From contig NC_057758.1 of the NCBI RefSeq assembly GCF_004010195.1, forward strand, positions 3,540,269-3,604,268: 64,000 nt of DNA, written 5' to 3'. The position numbers and the translations under genes are program-made. Below are positions 1 to 11,954 of the stretch, in pieces. The stretch comes from Chiloscyllium plagiosum. Lineage: Eukaryota. Numbering within the stretch: the first letter of the stretch is position 1; every line of letters begins with the position of its first letter. The notes beneath the pieces are model-generated. The model was given only the letters and a program-made list of their open reading frames with translations. It was not told the origin of the DNA and made no database searches.

Positions 1-400
1 GAAGAACGCCTCATCTTCTGCCTCGGAACACTTCAACCCCAGGGCATTAATGTGGATTTTAACAGTTTCCTCATTTCCCCTTCCCCCACCTCATCCTAGC
101 TTCTAACCTCCAGAAACTCGGTCCCCTGACCTGTCCGGACTTGTCCGACCTGCCCAGCTTCTTTTCCACCTATCCACTCCACCCTCTCCTCCCTGACCTA
201 TCACCTTCATCTCCTTCCCCACTGACCTATTGTACTCTATGCCACTCTCTCCTCACCCCCACTCTCCTCTAGCTTATCTCTCCACGCTTCAGGCTCTCTG
301 CCTTTATTCCTGATGAAGGGCTTTTGCCCGAAACGTCGATTTTGCCTGTCCTCGGATGCTGCCTGAATTGCTGTGCTCTTCCAGCACCACTGATCCAGAA
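1..400 (+). mobile_element. Penelope-like element family A, 3' end (GIY-YIG C-terminus and pLTR)
   Basis: Start translates EERLIFCLGTLQPQGINVDF, matching 53268-53642. It is followed by a pyrimidine-rich tail and a hammerhead motif. Confidence 0.85.
306..341 (+). ncRNA. Minimal type I hammerhead ribozyme motif in Penelope pLTR
   Basis: ATTC-CTGATGA-A-GGGC TTTT GCCC-GAAAC-GTC-GATT. Core intact, 4-bp stem II, palindromic ACGT stem III. Confidence 0.75.
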
Positions 401-558
401 TATGCTTTCATCCAGACATCCGAGACTGCTTAAAGCTAGATTGGCAACTTCAAGGGAGGCTGCCCTCGTCTGGTGTCATGCCTGGCCTTGGGGAAATAGA
501 GGTCCTTCATGTGTGCTTTCCCACGCAGTAAGCATTCCATGCATATGTGCACAATGCA

Positions 559-601
559 GGGGGGTGGGGGTGGGGTGGGGGTGGGGGTGGGGGGGGGTAG
601 G
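559..601 (+). repeat. (GGGGT)n G-rich tract, potential G-quadruplex
   Basis: Seven consecutive G runs of 4 or more separated by single T. Confidence 0.7.
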
Positions 602-1041
602 TGTAGGTTATTTTTGTGAAGATACAATGCACATACTTAAAAATTACTATCTTTCAGCTTGTCAGCCATTATTCTCTTCCCCATTGCAACTGTATTTTGC
701 CAATTTTACTGATCAAGAAAAGGCCTGATTGGAACCATAATCACTTTCGTTAATTATTTCCCATCCCATTGGTAGGGCAGGACCACGATTGTTCGTTGCA
801 GTGTGAGAGAGGTCGGAAAGGAGTAAGTCTGGAAATCGTCAGAACCACATAAATCTCAACGACAGAAGATCAGATAGATTAAAGAAAACATTGTGCTGAT
901 TGACATCTCCTGCTCTCCCCAGTACACTCTTTGATAAATTAGGTCTCTTTGATCATGAAAACAAATTGGAGACTCCACTGAGGGTGAATACGGCACACAT
1001 CATACTCTTCAATGTCCACCAGCATGAATTTCTCCACTGGA

Positions 1042-1223
1042 CTAAGCAGGCCGAGGCAGGAAAGGCCCAAAAACTAGACTGCAGTAAGGGATGACTGAAC
1101 CAACAACGCTGATGCATCTTGGTTGAAATGCTTCTGTGCCAATACACTTGTCACAGATGCATCGCCCATAACAGAATCGCCAGGAGTGTCCAGACCACAG
1201 TCCTGGTGGAGTTGGAATCCCAT
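1042..1223 (-). CDS. Putative defensin-like Cys-rich peptide exon with variant spacing
   Basis: Acceptor gtgatag, phase 1. Reads DGIPTPPGLWSGHSWRFCYGRCICDKCIGTEAFQPRCISVVGSVIPYCSL..., i.e. W-x6-C-x4-C-x9-C with GxC and CxxxE. Confidence 0.4.
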
Positions 1224-2209
1224 CTATCACAAACATACACTCAATATTTTCATCTCATGGAGTAGTATCCAGCGAATCTAAACTGGTAGTCCAAGAGGAA
1301 ATGTGAGTTGTCAGAAACAGAAGTGCAATCAAGCACAAATATTTAACTCAGACATTTTCAGGATTTTCGCCTGTCAGAGGGTGTGAACCTGGAATACTTC
1401 ACTGTAATGCCTGTCAACGCTTGACGATTATGTGTATACAAGACTGAGATATGCATTTTTAATCAGTACAGGTTTTAAGAAATATGTGAATAACGTAAGA
1501 CAGTGATACTAAAGATTGTTAGATAAAGATGAGCAGAGATGATTGCAATTTCTTCATTCATATTTATGGAATTTAATAGAAAGTAAATTGAATGTGGAAG
1601 TCGTATGAGATTCAATCAATTGCACATCACATGCCTCCATCCGCATGGCAATCCATCAATGCGTCCCTCAGTACCTGCTAAAAGTTACTCATCATGTATT
1701 CTCCACTTTATCAAAGCAGTTCTCATCGTTCACGAGTAAATTAATCAATTTTCTATACTGACTGACTTATTTTTGCCATTTAATAGTGACTGCCAAATGA
1801 AATTAGAATACAGCACATTCAGCACTTTACATTATTCTGTGTACAAACCTCATTATACCTTATTCGTCTCAATTTGAACACCACACATAATTCCTAAACA
1901 ACAGAATAATGTCAACGCCCGCTCAATGGTTTTGAATCCACATTATTTTGCTGATGTTAAAATACGCTTGTACAGGACATGTACACCCAGTAAATACATC
2001 ATCATCGTTTCTTGGCAGCTTTGAAAATCACAAATCTGACAAACAATCCATGAGTTGTCATTGATTTATCCAGAAGAATGTAGAAAACCATGCTCGTTTA
2101 ATGATGCTTCTGGAGAAATATGTTTCCGTCACGTTTATGCCATACTGCCAAAGGCGCTCATTTTAACTTTTTTTTAATGTGATTCCTTTATTCCAAAAAT
2201 CACACCGAC

Positions 2210-2640
2210 TAGTCCAAGGCTATTATGAAACTAGAAAGAGTGCAGAAAAGATTTGTAAGATATTCTGCCCAAACTTTTCCGGGATATGGGGAGGTGGACA
2301 GACGGTGGTGTGATTGAGTTATACAGAGAGGCTGGATAGGCTGGGATAATTTTAACTGGAGCCCAGAATGTTGGTGAATAACAAAGGTCTTTTGCCAAGG
2401 AAAGGGAAGCTCAAAGCAAGAAGGCATAATTTTAAGGCGAGATGGGGAAGATTTCCAAGGGACCTGAAGGGAAATATTTTCGTACAGACTGTGGTTTATA
2501 TGTGGAATACGTTGACAGATAAAGTGACAGATGTAGCTACAGCAACAACATTTAGAAGTCATTTAAATAGATGCATATATAAGAAAGTGTAAGAGGGATA
2601 TGACACAAATGTATACAAATGGGATTAGCTTAGTTTTAGG
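2210..2640 (+). mobile_element. CR1/HER1 LINE 3' fragment
   Basis: LERVQKRF and RRHNFKARWGRF...FVQTVVYMWNTL, typical CR1 ORF2 C-terminus. Confidence 0.8.
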
Positions 2641-2659
2641 CTAGTTTCACTTAAATAAC

Positions 2660-3850
2660 TTCGCTGGATGTATTTCCGGGAATATCCTCCCTCAGCACAG
2701 CTGTAATGCTATCCCTTATCAAAAATGCCACTCCACCCTCTCTTGCCTCCCTTTCCATCCACCTTGTGTCCTGGAACCTTAAGCTGCAAGTCATGCCCAT
2801 CCCTGAGCCATGTTTCTGTAATTCGTGTGATATCCCAGTCCCATGTTCCTAATCATGTCGTGAGTTCATCTGCCTTCCCTGTTCGGACCCTTGCATTGAA
2901 AGAAATGCACTTTAATTTATTAGTCCTTTATTGTCCCTGCCTGTCCTGACTGTTTGACTCGCTTCTGTTCCCAATTGTACCAGTCTCAGATTGATCTCTT
3001 TCGTCAATATCTCCCTGGGACCCACGCCCTCACCTTACTTGTTTAAGTCCTCCCAAGCAGCTTCAGCAAATTTCCCTGCAAGCATATTAGTCCCCTTCCA
3101 AATTAGGTGCCAACTGTCCTTCTTGTACAGGTCGCTTCTACCCCAAAAGAGATTCCAATAATCCAAAAATGTGGATCCTTCTCCCATACACCAGCTCCTC
3201 AGCCATGCATTCATCTGCTCTGTCCTCCTATTCTTGCGCTGAACAGCTCGTAGCTCCCAGAGTAATCCAGATATCACAAGTCTCAAGGACCTCATTTTTG
3301 AATTTCTGCCTAACTCCATGTAAAATGCCTCCAGAATCTGAGCCTTTAAACTTCCTATGTAGCTGGTTCCAATGTGGACAATCAACTCTTGCTGGCCCCT
3401 GTCCCCCGTGAGAACATTCTGCACGCTTTCTGAGACATCCTTTATCATGGCACCAGGGAAGCAACGCAGCATTCTACTTTTTCGCGGCTGGCCACAGAAA
3501 CATCTGTCTGTAACTCGGACTAGAGAATCCCCATACACAATAGATCTCTCGGAACCCTCTCTGCATTCGAGCCTGTCTCAATATCAGAAACTTGGCTGTT
3601 CCTGCTAGGTTCCCCTGAGAATCCATCACCCCCCTGCATTTTCCAAAACTGCATACCTGCTGGAAATGGGTATATCCACAAAATACTAATGCACTAGCTG
3701 CCTATCTCACTTAACTTTCCCGGAGTTACCCCATTTATGTGACTGCATCTGAGATTTCTCCCCTTCCTATAACTGCCATCCATCACATACCGTTGCTGTT
3801 GCCAATTCCTTATTGCATCTAACTGTCTCTCCAACTGATCCATTCAATCT
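2660..3850 (-). mobile_element. CR1 LINE ORF1 (SGNH esterase) and start of ORF2, degenerate
   Basis: ORF 3035-3538 has GDSLVR, CFPGA, VHIGT, ISGLL and D..HL motifs. Confidence 0.85.
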
Positions 3851-4260
3851 GAAAAGATTGGCAGCCAACAGCATTTTCCGGTGCTTTACGCTGATATTTT
3901 CGGCAAAAAACACAAGATTTATGGACATAAATAACGTTCAAAATGCCCTCTCTCTGTAATACTGAAAGAAATGTAAACTTGTCCAACTCTGTCAGAAATG
4001 TGAATTATGGCCAATAAAAGTTTTCACAGTTCTGACCAATGAAGATTGCATATTGGAGATTGCATATTGCACGCGCATATTACTTAATGACATTGTGCAG
4101 GCTAATTTTGGAATGGCGGGGATGCTACGAGCTCGATAAAACACAATATTTAATATTGTTTAATAATTCGTTCCCTTCGATGTCAGACCATTTTTACAAT
4201 TGGAAAGTTGCGGTTCGGAGATTTATTAAATGGTCGATGGTTAGCATTTGTGCAATACGA

Positions 4261-4561
4261 TTAGATTACTTACAGTATGGAAACAGGCCCTTCGGCCCAA
4301 CAAGCCCACACCGCCCAAGCGCAAGTCACCCAATACCCCTACATTTACCCCTTACCTAACACTCGGGGCAATTTAGCATGGCCAATTCACCTGACCTGCA
4401 CATCTTTGGACTGTGGGAGGAAACCGGAGCACCCGAAGGAAACCCACGCAGACACGGGGAGAATGTGCAAACTCCACACAGTCAGTCGCCTGAGGCGGGA
4501 ATTGAACCCGGGACTCTGGCGTTGTGAAGCAACAGTGCTAACCACTGTGCCACCGTGCCGC
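4261..4561 (-). mobile_element. HE1-type tRNA-derived SINE
   Basis: Reverse complement closely matches the SINE at 51826-52140 (A/B boxes, AATCT tail). Confidence 0.9.
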
Positions 4562-4913
4562 ACACAATGTGCCCTGTTGTTTGATAATTGCAGCGGTTTG
4601 TGCGCATTTATGTTGATCTCGGATAGTGCAAGTGAATATGGACTTTCTTCAGCATTAAACAGCATCTGGTTCTGTATTTGACCAAGAGTTTCTCCCTGTC
4701 TCTCACTGTCAGATTCATGAATGCATAGCACTGTGGGATTCTGTTGCTGGACATGCACTGATCGCAAGATTGATTCTGTCTCTGAATCATACTCTCTGTT
4801 AGTGTGTATTATGTAGTTCAGATTCTCCTCTCATGTACGCGAGTTTGACATTCACTCAGCACTCAGGTCACTCTTATTGTTGTGGTTCTGTTCGCCGAAC
4901 TGGAAGTTTTTGT

Positions 4914-4953
4914 TGCAAACGTTTCGTCCCCTGGCTAGGCGACATCATCAGTG
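4914..4953 (-). ncRNA. Hammerhead motif, family B pLTR (core intact, stem I shortened by a 4-nt deletion)
   Basis: Reverse complement reads CA-CTGATGA-T-GTCGCCT AGCC AGGGGAC-GAAAC-GTT-TGC. Confidence 0.6.
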
Positions 4954-5605
4954 GGAGCCTCCTGCGAAGCGCTTCTTTGATGTTTCCTCCGGTGTTTATA
5001 GTGGTCTGTCCCTGCCGCTTCCGGTTGTCAGTTTCAGCTGTCCGCTGTAGTGGTTGGTATATTGGGTCCAGGTCGATGTGTTTGTTGATGGAGTTTGTGG
5101 ATGAATGCCATGCCTCTAGGAATTCCATGGCTGTTCTCTGTCTGGCTTGCCCTATGATAGTAGTGTTGTCCCAGTCGAATTCACGTTGCTTGTTGTCTGC
5201 GTGTGTGGCTACTAAGGATAGTTGGTCGTGTCGTTTCGTGGCTAGTTGATGTTCATGTATGCGTATTGTTAGTTGTCTTCCTGTTTGTCCTATATAGTGT
5301 TTTTTGTAGTCCTTGCATGGTATTTTGTACACTACATTCGTTTTGCTCATGTTGGGTATCGGGTCCTTCGTTCTGGTGAGTTGTTGTCTGAGCGTGGCTG
5401 TTGGTTTGTGTGCCGTTATGAGTCCTAGGGGTCGCAGTAGTCTGGCTGTCAGTTCTGAGATGCTCCTGATGTATGGTAGTGTGGCTAGTCCTTTTGGTTG
5501 TGGTATGTCCTCGTTCCGTGGTCTTTCTCTTAGGCATCTGTTGATGAAGTTGCGCTATAAACACCGGAGGAAACATCAAAGAAGCGCTTCGCGGGAGGCT
5601 CCCAA

Positions 5606-5645
5606 GCACTAATGATGTCGCCTAGCCAGGGGACGAAACGTTTGC
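5606..5645 (+). ncRNA. Hammerhead motif with G5A core change (predicted inactive)
   Basis: CTAATGA at 5609-5615 in place of CTGATGA. Rest is identical to 7834-7873. Confidence 0.6.
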
Positions 5646-7210
5646 AACAAAAACTTCCAGCTCGGCGAACAGAACCACAACAACGAGCACCCGAGCTACA
5701 AATCTTCGCACAAACCTTGAACACTTACGGGCGAGAGACGCTGAGACAAGCCAGGAAATAGGAATCCTGCACTAACCCACTAAGCGCCACATACGAACAA
5801 CTCCGGTTCCTACACGAATGCCGAAAGAATCGAATCCTTTCACAATGTGTCAGATACAGACCGCCAGTCAACAACCCACAAGCCAGGGAAACAGCCAAGC
5901 ATAACGGATGATCCAGGTAATGATCACAGACGCGCACAACCGACTCCACAAATACAAACAAGAAATTGCGCGCCAAAAGTCGTTAATTTCAAAAACCACT
6001 AATCGTGAATGGACCCGGACCATAGAACAGGCTGTCACCATAGGACAGAACAGGACAACGCACCGCAAAAAAACGGCACTAAAAGAAAAAATGGCCAAAC
6101 TAACACACAACAAAGAGGACACTACAACACACACCTGGGTTAAAAACCTCTCCCACAGACAGCTCACAGACACGGAAAGAACAATACTGGCCAAGGGACT
6201 CAACTACAACCACAGGGATGCCAAGACAGCAGACTTCCTAGCAGCACTAGAAGGCACACTCAGGAACAATGGACTGACAGAAGAGACACAACAAACAGTG
6301 AGACAAAGTATCGTAACCCTGATAACAAGGAAAAGACAAACACATAACCTCAAAACCAAGGAGAGGGAAGCACTGAAATCACTAAGAAACGATAAGAACA
6401 TAATCATACTACCAACAGACAAAGGCAGAATGACGGTCATCCTGGACAAAGCAGAGTACATCCAAAAAGCACAACAACTACTTGCAGATACCAACACCTA
6501 CCAAAAGAGGGAGTTTGACCCCACCCCACAGCTCACCAATAGGATAAACAACACACTGAGTCATCCTAAAGATAACAGCGCTGACATGCACAACACCTGC
6601 AATGCACCACTTTAATACGTGCCTGGATTATGTCGTATGTGCTCATTGGAGGGGGACTCAAAGCCACAATCGTCTGACTCCGGATGTGGAAATGCTGGCA
6701 ACTGAGTTACATCATACCAAGGGAGCCCTGGACCTGTCTGAGTGAGAGGGAAATGGCTGCAGAGCTCAATATGAGGGGAAGTAATATGGAGGCTAGAATT
6801 TGAAGAGGTCAAGTAAATTGTGTCATACACGATATTAATGTGTCGGAGACTGCAAGGAGGAAGAGTTAATATCAATGCAGGGAGAGCATGGAGGAGAAAC
6901 ATAAAAGAAAAACTAATAAGTTCAAGGCTGAAAGCTGAATCTGAGCTCAAGGATATTAGAGTCATAGAGTTATACAGCATAGAAACAGACCCTTCGGTCT
7001 AACTCGTCCATATAATATAGAACCTAGAACAGTACAGCCAATGATGTTGCACCGAACACAATGCCAAATTAAACTAATTCCCTCTGCCTGCCCTTGGTCC
7101 ATATCCCTCCATTCCTTGCATATTCATGTGCCGATGTAAAAGTTTCTTAAATGCCCTATCTGCCTCCACCACCACCTCTAACAGTGCATTCCAGACTCCT
7201 ACCACTCTCT

Positions 7211-7543
7211 GGCTCAGTGGTTAGCACTGCTGCCTCACAGCACCAAGGATCTGGGTTTGATTCCAGCCTCGGGTGACTGTCTGACTGGAGTTTGCACATT
7301 CTCCCCGTGTCTGCGTGACTTTCCTCTGGGTGCTCTGGTTTCCTCCTACAATCCAAAGATGTGCAGGTTAGGGCAATTAGCCGTACTAAATTGCCCATTG
7401 TGTTCAGGGATGTGTAAGTTAGGTGCATTAGTCTGAGGTAAATGTAGAATAATAGGGTCTGGGTGGGTTACTCTTTGGAGGGTCAGATTGGACTTGTTGG
7501 GCCAAATGGCCTGTTTGCACACTGTTAAGGATTTTATGATTCT
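7211..7543 (+). mobile_element. HE1-type SINE nested in a minus-strand CR1 3' fragment (~7015-7600)
   Basis: GGCTCAGTGGTTAGCACTGCTGCC head and ATGATTCT tail. CR1 sequence resumes after it. Confidence 0.85.
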
Positions 7544-7833
7544 ATCTCCTTTGAGCTTTCCCCCTCTCACCTTGAATGCATGCCCCCTAGTTTTAGGCAT
7601 TTAATTCGACTGGGACAACACTACTATCGTAGGGCAAGCCAGACAGAGAACAGCTAGGGAATTCCTAGAGGCATGGCATTCATCCACAAACTCCATCAAC
7701 AAACACATCGACCTGGACCCAATATACCAACCACTACAGCGGACAGCTGAAACTGACAACCGGAAGCGGCAGGGACAGACCACTATAAACACCGGAGGAA
7801 ACATCAAAGAAGCGCTTCGCAGGAGGCTCCCAA

Positions 7834-7873
7834 GCACTGATGATGTCGCCTAGCCAGGGGACGAAACGTTTGC
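7834..7873 (+). ncRNA. Minimal hammerhead ribozyme motif, family B pLTR (intact)
   Basis: GCA-CTGATGA-T-GTC G CCT AGCC AGG G GAC-GAAAC-GTT-TGC. Stems I and II can pair. Confidence 0.75.
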
Positions 7874-9149
7874 AACAAAAACTTCCAGCTCGGCGAACAG
7901 AACCACAACAACGAGCACCCGAGCTACAAATCTTCGCACAAACTTTGATCACTCTTATTCTTTTCATGCAGTTTAATTTTACTGGAAAGGACTTGGAATT
8001 CCATCTTCAATACTTCAATACAAATGGGAGAAGGGAAGCAACAAAATGAGTGTCTGGAAATGACAGGATAATGCACAGTTACCATGCAAAAGTTAACAAA
8101 ACCAAAGAAAATAAAGACAGAGGTTACAATCTGGCTTAATGTGTCTTGTCCTCGTCACTGGTTACAAGATACTCAATATCTATCAGATTATGCGCGAATT
8201 CTGCCAGATTTCCCAACATAACCCAAAATGGCAAGTGTCACTCGGTTCAAAACCATCTTGTTCCAGCAAGTGATCCTGGATTAAAGCCTCCAGTTCACTG
8301 GATTTGCAGAAATGCCGATTCAGTCCCACTTCCGTGTGAAAACACTTCTGAAACTTTTCACTGGAATTTGAAGAGATGGTAGTTTCTTCTCAGGGGATTG
8401 TTTCCGACTGCAATCCCTGATTCAAACGAAAACTCACCATGTCTGTTTCTGATGTACAATCTTGATGGGCATGACAAATTCCAATAAACGAAATTATTTT
8501 CCATTTGAAAATCTAATACCAGTGTCATGTTTTCATTATTTAAATGAACTCATTAGACTTGCCTGCCCAGTAAATTGAATCCTAAACGCCCATGATACAG
8601 ACGGGGTTACTAACGACTGTGAGAACGAGGAGCAGACATTGAAGCTTTGAAATTTTGGCGTTTAGATCAGATATTGAATCCTCCATTTGTTAATAAAGGG
8701 TTGGCCCAGTCCATTCTGATATTTAACTGCACTTATGGGACTGAGCAGCTGTGTTTGCCTTCAGTTCTGTCGGATTGAGAGTACGAGGATGACAGGGAAC
8801 TGTTCTCTGTGTGCACTGATTTCGCTTCGATTCGTGAATGCTATTTATCAAGTTTATTAATACAAGATTGAGAAGTTTGTTGAATTGCCGAAATTCTCTG
8901 GAACTTCAATTCACCCCGATCTGTATGACTCCGTATTCGTTTATCTGCGTGCGTTTGGGAGCATGCGCAGGTCTGAATATCTCTGGGGTATTCAAAGTGA
9001 TTAAATGCCTTCCTTTGTGGCCTCCGAAAACCATGCACAGTCAGCAGTAGATTTCACCGAAAATCGTTCGGGATTCAGCCAGAGGGGCAGAGAAGGAGGA
9101 CAGTAGTTCACTGCATAATACGGGAGAAGGATTCACAATTTTCAGCAGG

Positions 9150-9950
9150 ACCTTTATCAGCACGGAAAGTTGGCCGGGAAATGGCAAACAGAGCTTAATA
9201 CAGATACGGGTGAGGTGTTGTATTTTGAAGTAAACAACATTCAGAGTTTCATGGTGAATGGTCGGACCTTAAGGCGTGTATTGCAATAGAGGGGACTTGA
9301 AATTCAGGCACATGTTGATCCGAAGTGAAGTTAGGGGTGGACAGGGCAGTGAAGAAGGCTTTCAGCATACTGGCCTTCATTTGTCAAGGTATTGAATATT
9401 GAAGTTGGGAAACTATGTTGTAGTTTTACAGGATGTTGGCTAGGCTACAGTTGAAGTATTGTGTTCAGTTTTGGCCGCTTTGCTATAGGAAGGATGGTAT
9501 TAAGCTGAAAAGAATGCAGAATACATTTAGAAAAATGTTGCCCGAGCTCAATCGCCTGAGTTTTCGGTAGAGTTTGGTCAAGCTAGGGCTTTTTTCATGA
9601 GAGTGTATGACACTGAGGAGTTATCTTGAAGACCACGAGAAGCTTGGATAGCGGGAATGCATTCAATACTTTTCCCAGGCTTTGCGAATCGAGGAATGCA
9701 GGGAACTAGTTTACGGTTCGAGTGGAAAACGTAAAAAGGGAAACTGAGGAAATTTTTTTAGACAGAGGATTGTACGCATATAAAGTGAGCTGCCAGTGGA
9801 AGTGGTTGAGTTGGGTACGTTAACAACAAGTATGCGTCATTTGGACAAATACCTGGATAGGAAATTGGTGTGTATGGACCAGTTGCAAGGAACTGGGCTC
9901 AGCGTGGTTGGATGTTTTCATTGGCAAGGACCAGTTTGGATCAAAAGCCC
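9150..9950 (+). mobile_element. CR1 LINE ORF2 3' fragment, degenerate
   Basis: Similar to 36940-37483 (LKYCVQFW, LKRMQNTF). Confidence 0.75.
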
Positions 9951-10186
9951 TGTCTCCGTTCTGTAAAACTCTCTACCTCTATGACTGTATTGCAGAGACG
10001 CCATTGAACAGAGGTGCACAATACAATACAATCATTGTTACACGCATGAATGCGGAAACACACACAAGATAGACACACATATAGAAGCACATAGCAACAC
10101 AGATAAAGACACATGCATGGAATCATAGCCATGGATAAGTAGATAGAGAAAGGGGCTGATATACGCACACATAAGCACACCCCACT

Positions 10187-10187
<1 letters not shown>

Positions 10188-10233
<46 letters not shown>

Positions 10234-10260
10234 CACACAGAGACGCACACACACACACGC
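10188..10260. repeat. (CA)n microsatellite
   Basis: Directly visible. Confidence 0.95.
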
Positions 10261-10977
10261 TGAACAACACATTCCCAGAAACAGCTACATATGCAAACTT
10301 ATGCAGTACACACACATACGTAAAGAGAGGCATGCATATTAACATATAGACTAACACAAATGGAGAATCACCAACACACGCACAAGAATATGGTGTATCT
10401 TTTTTCAATATGAGGTCTTTAATTTCTGTGTGGGGTCCGTTGTTCAGTGTGTGGTCCGGGAGTTCTGTGTCAGGGCCGCACATTAAATGCGAGGTCCCCT
10501 TGTTCAGTGTGGGCAACTGAGACAGAGTCCTTCAAAAACGGCACATATTTCCCTTCATTACCCCCTGTTCTTCCCGAACCTATTCAGCCAAAATAGATAG
10601 AATGCCCATTCCCCAGATGTATCGCGAGATCTATACCATGAAACGTGTGTGACTTTAGCCGCAGGTGATCAAGCAATGCAGTTTTGTTTGTATCCTGAAA
10701 CCTGGGGGAGTGGCATTGGTGGGGGGGGGGGGGGGGTGGGGGGTGGGGGGGCGAGATTGACATATGTCAGTGGCAACGGCACCTAAACCTTCTCAGGAAT
10801 AACTGAACTGGGATTAGTCTCTCTTGGAGGTTTGCAGGCTATCATATTGGCTAACATCTCTCTGAGGCCGAGATTGAACTTTGGAGAAGCATGTCAGAGA
10901 CTAGATGCAGCCTATGTGTCCCAGGTTTGTCCTGGATGAGAAAGAAGTATGGGGCAGTTCCAATCAGGTTGGCATCT

Positions 10978-11565
10978 GTTATGGAGAAGGTCAGACTCCC
11001 TCAAAATGTTTTAAGATGACACACCAGAGCCGAACATTCTTTCTTAGGTGGATGGACAGTGGAAATTCCAGGAGTGGTGTAGCTGATCAAACAGTACGTT
11101 TGGATGGAAAACAAAATTTGTTTGAACACTATGTATAAAAAAGGAACAGAATGAAAACAGAATTTTGAATAACTTCACGGAGTTGAAAACCCAAACGTCT
11201 CTATTGCAATTAACGAGGGAGCTGTTCCAATTTCTGCAACATCCCAAAACGCACCACTTACCAAAAGGCAAATTCAAACTCAGGTTCAAACGTACAGGAG
11301 AGATTTCAGAGAGAAAGCTGATGATAAACATCTGTTGAAGCATGGGACATCTTTTTGTTGTAGCTGCTTCTCTGTTCCATGGTATTTCTGACAACCTGCT
11401 AAAAAATAAACAAACTAGAAAATATCGTGAACAGGGAGAACTTGCCAATTCCCTCCCACTATTGAAAGTAGCCTTCTACAGATCTATCAGAAACTCTGTC
11501 TTCACGATCTCTCTTCAATATAAATAAGGACAACATAATCTTGTTAAAGGGCCAGAATCGACACA
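10978..11565 (+). mobile_element. Probable solo LTR; related copies at ~33097-33690 (+), ~35300-35880 (-) and fragments near 37490-37750 and 39000-39080
   Basis: Shared start TGTTATGGA..AGG.CAGAC and shared end GG.CAACATAATCT.GTTAAAGG among the dispersed copies. Confidence 0.5.
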
Positions 11566-11954
11566 CACGTCAGCATCAATGGTGAAAACTACAAAGGGAA
11601 AACAGACTGCTGACACAGCCCATCAGCCCAACAGCCCCAACCTCAGCCCGTTTGACAGACACTTTCATAAACCCAATTCTCTTTCCGGTTATGTATTCAT
11701 GCCTTCACCGCTTATCCCCTTCATAGCCTTCCGAGTTGGCCCCATTCTCAGTCCATCATTACTTGTTGCCAATTGGACTTCAATGGTGTTATCCCCACTG
11801 ATTTGCTCCCTGCCAACATTTAATGTCCTGAAGCTTACCATTAAGAGAAAATCAAACCATTCCCACTTAACGTTCAATGGAACGTTCACCGACAACCACC
11901 CATTCCCCACCCTGCCACCCACAGCGTTCAACTACGAACATCCTGGGTTTGAAA

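Larger units (their letters stand above)
4879..7948 (+). mobile_element. Composite Penelope family B insertion: inverted 3' piece 4879-5555, pLTR 5556-5722, ORF 5' part to ~6560, foreign filler 6561-7600, 3' end 7601-7948
   Basis: GIY-YIG ORF 4874-5350 (VVYKIPC..YIGQTGR..RIHEH) and N-terminal ORF 5908-6560 (NLS..L...E..IL.KGLNY, IILPTDKG). Flanked by direct repeat TCACTCTTATT at 4868-4878 and 7949-7959. Confidence 0.85.

Noticed and set aside
4277..4767. Overlapping 126-134 aa ORFs
   Set aside because: Mostly read-through of the HE1 SINE.
8146..8382. Cys-containing ORF with NGKC
   Set aside because: Cys spacing fits no family and the phase-1 frame after the nearby AG closes quickly.
9941..10516. 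191-aa Cys/Val-rich ORF
   Set aside because: Translation of (CA)n/(TG)n low-complexity sequence.
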